Shown one piece after another: positions 62,107 through 64,000 of a DNA stretch of 64,000 nucleotides (the first letter of the stretch is position 1; each line of letters opens with the position of its first letter). A model generated the notes under the pieces. That model did not search any database. It had not been told where the DNA came from and was given only the letters and a program-made list of their open reading frames with translations. The translations under genes and the position numbers were made by a program. Source of the DNA: Mytilus edulis (taxonomy: Eukaryota). The stretch lies in the NCBI RefSeq assembly GCF_963676685.1, contig NC_092354.1, positions 71,796,001 through 71,860,000 of the forward strand. The letters run 5' to 3'.

Positions 62107-63198
62107 ATGGAAGAAGAAAATGTCAATACCTCCCAAATGTTAAATACCAGCAGAGATGTTCTATACGGGCAACCCGAACAAAGCGTAACTTTAGATAATG
62201 TCTATCAATTAATGCTAGGTATAAATGAAAGACTTACAACTATCGAAAAGGGAATGTCACAAGTTAATCAAATGAACAGAACTTTGACAAATTTAGTAAC
62301 AAAATTCACTGAAATAAACTCAAAAGTTGCAGAAGCTGAAGGGCAAATTAAAAATTTAAAAAGTAGATGTGATAGCAACGATGGAAAAATGTCCCAGATA
62401 AAACATGATCACACTGAACTAAATAAAGAAGTTAAAAATATGAAAAAAATCCCAACTGATGCTAATAATAACTTACAGGGAATTAGCGACTTCATGGACG
62501 ATTTCAAGGTAAATCACGAAAACAACGTAAAAGATGTAAAATCGGCTAAATCATCCATTAGTAAAGTAGCAAATGACCTTGCAGATAACACTTTGGAGCT
62601 GAGAAATGAAATTAAAGCAGTCGTCAAAAACGCAAAACAAGAAAATGAAATTCTACAAAGCACCGATATTGACCTTCAATGCAGATCAATGAAGAATAAC
62701 TTGGTTTTTACTGGTTTGACGGAAACCGAAGGAGAAAACACTGAAGAAGTTATTAGAACATTTATACAACAGTTCTTACATATAACACACAGAATAGAAT
62801 TCGGCAATGTTCACAGATTTGGATATGGTGCCAAACCAGGCAGACGCGGACGCCCTAGACCGATTGTGGCCAGATTCTTATATTACAAAGATTTGGCACG
62901 ATCGCTCTCAAATACATACAGGCTTAAAGGAAAACCGTTTGGGGTTAATCAACAGTTCCCTGAAATAATTGAACAAGCACGCAAAAGCCTATACCCAGTC
63001 ATGAAACAGAAACGCATAGAAGGACACACAGTTAAGCTAGTTAGAGACATTTTGTACGTGGATGGTGAAATGTATAACGACCAAATTTCGGACATAGAAC
63101 CTACTGACAGTCTCGCATCTCAAATGCGCACACCGGACCACCATCAAAACCGGAAACGACGTCGACGCATATCTTCGACTCCTAACCCAGACAGCTAG
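62107..63198 (+). CDS. LINE ORF1 protein (coiled coil plus RRM/CTD, L1/Transposase_22-like), 363 aa
   Basis: Heptad-rich N-terminal half, then RSMKNNLVFTGL, VHRFG, RPIVARF, VNQQFP and DILYVDG. Confidence 0.85.
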   Translation: MEEENVNTSQMLNTSRDVLYGQPEQSVTLDNVYQLMLGINERLTTIEKGMSQVNQMNRTLTNLVTKFTEINSKVAEAEGQIKNLKSRCDSNDGKMSQIKHDHTELNKEVKNMKKIPTDANNNLQGISDFMDDFKVNHENNVKDVKSAKSSISKVANDLADNTLELRNEIKAVVKNAKQENEILQSTDIDLQCRSMKNNLVFTGLTETEGENTEEVIRTFIQQFLHITHRIEFGNVHRFGYGAKPGRRGRPRPIVARFLYYKDLARSLSNTYRLKGKPFGVNQQFPEIIEQARKSLYPVMKQKRIEGHTVKLVRDILYVDGEMYNDQISDIEPTDSLASQMRTPDHHQNRKRRRRISSTPNPDS

Positions 63199-64000
63199 GA
63201 TTCCAATGGAGATTTTAATATGTTGAAGAAACAAGGATGTGCAAATAACAGAAAAACAAGTTATGACAAAAATATCTGTAAAAATGTCAACAGTTCATTA
63301 GACTTAAAAATATTGTCGCTCAATTGTTGTGGGATAATGACCAGAATGCAATATCCCGAATTTATAGAACTCGTTAAATGTTATGACTTTATCTGCTTGA
63401 CAGAAACAAAAACTGATGATTTTGATAATGTTGATATACCAGGTTATACTTTTAAATTGAAAAATAGAAAAACTAAATCAAAAGTCAAATCAGGTGGTAT
63501 TGCATTTGGATATAAAAATGAATTAGAAAATTATGTGCAAACAATAGAAACAGAGAGTAATTTAGTATTTTGGGTTAAAATTTCAGCCAATTATTTAAAA
63601 ACAGAACCAGATGTTATGATTGGTACAGTGTATATACCACCCGAAAATTCTACCTATAAGGTACCAGATTCAATAAATATACTTGAACAAGAATTTCTAA
63701 AATTTTCAGTAAACCATGAGTCTATTTTGCTTACTGGTGATTTTAACAGCAGAACTGCTGCCAATTTAGACTTCTATGAAATAACAAATACCAATCATGA
63801 CACATCAGATAATTTTAATATTGATTTTTCAAACAATTTACACAAGTTTCATATGTCACGTTTTAGAAATAGTTGCGACAAGACAAAAAACCACTATGGC
63901 AATCTACTTTTAGAAATGTGTAGAAATAACAATCTGTTTATTTTAAACGGTAGGGTTGAAGGTGATAAAGAAGGCTTATTTACATGTCGCCAGTCAAGTG
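63199..64000 (+). CDS. LINE ORF2 N-terminus (AP-like endonuclease), partial; absent from the ORF track because it has no stop in the window
   Basis: LKILSLNCCG, FICLTETK, SGGIAFGY, VYIPPENS, LTGDFNSRT and NLFILNGR, in the same frame as ORF1; first ATG at 63220. Confidence 0.88.

Larger units (their letters stand above)
61768..64000 (+). mobile_element. Second, apparently intact two-ORF LINE nested in the RT of the first; runs off the window
   Basis: 5' UTR begins right after the IPVFKNKG codons of the host element; intact ORF1 62107-63198; ORF2 open from 63199 to the window end. Confidence 0.9.

Overview
AT-rich, intron-rich eukaryotic DNA. The repeat families and gene types suggest a bivalve mollusc, probably a mussel (inference from pattern recognition, no database search). 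Host genes were reconstructed by hand from splice sites and are mostly invisible or mis-framed in the ORF track. (1) An orphan terminal exon of a VMO1-family protein (11342-11109, minus). (2) A tandemly duplicated, convergent pair of genes for small secreted proteins made only of a signal peptide plus LDL-receptor class A (LDLa) modules: 4-LDLa plus, 3-LDLa minus, 5-LDLa plus, 3-LDLa minus, spanning 14228-36437. (3) A 6-exon secreted coiled-coil plus fibrinogen-C-domain gene (38496-53507). Its intron 3 holds two RTE retrotransposons in a 43-bp repeat containing the splice acceptor, and the full-length RTE starts with an HDV-like ribozyme fold. Intron 4 holds a complete-looking minimal hammerhead ribozyme. 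The rest is transposon material: truncated and nested LINEs, HINE/Helentron-like elements, Kolobok-, Tc1/mariner-, IS3EU- and Ginger-type non-autonomous elements, and Penelope-like fragments. In two of the LINEs, ORF1 and ORF2 are in frame across a single AGC-TAG-G. The best candidates for new biology are the soluble LDLa-only gene cluster, the LINE stop-readthrough signal, and the ribozyme/RTE/decoy-acceptor architecture in the fibrinogen-domain gene.
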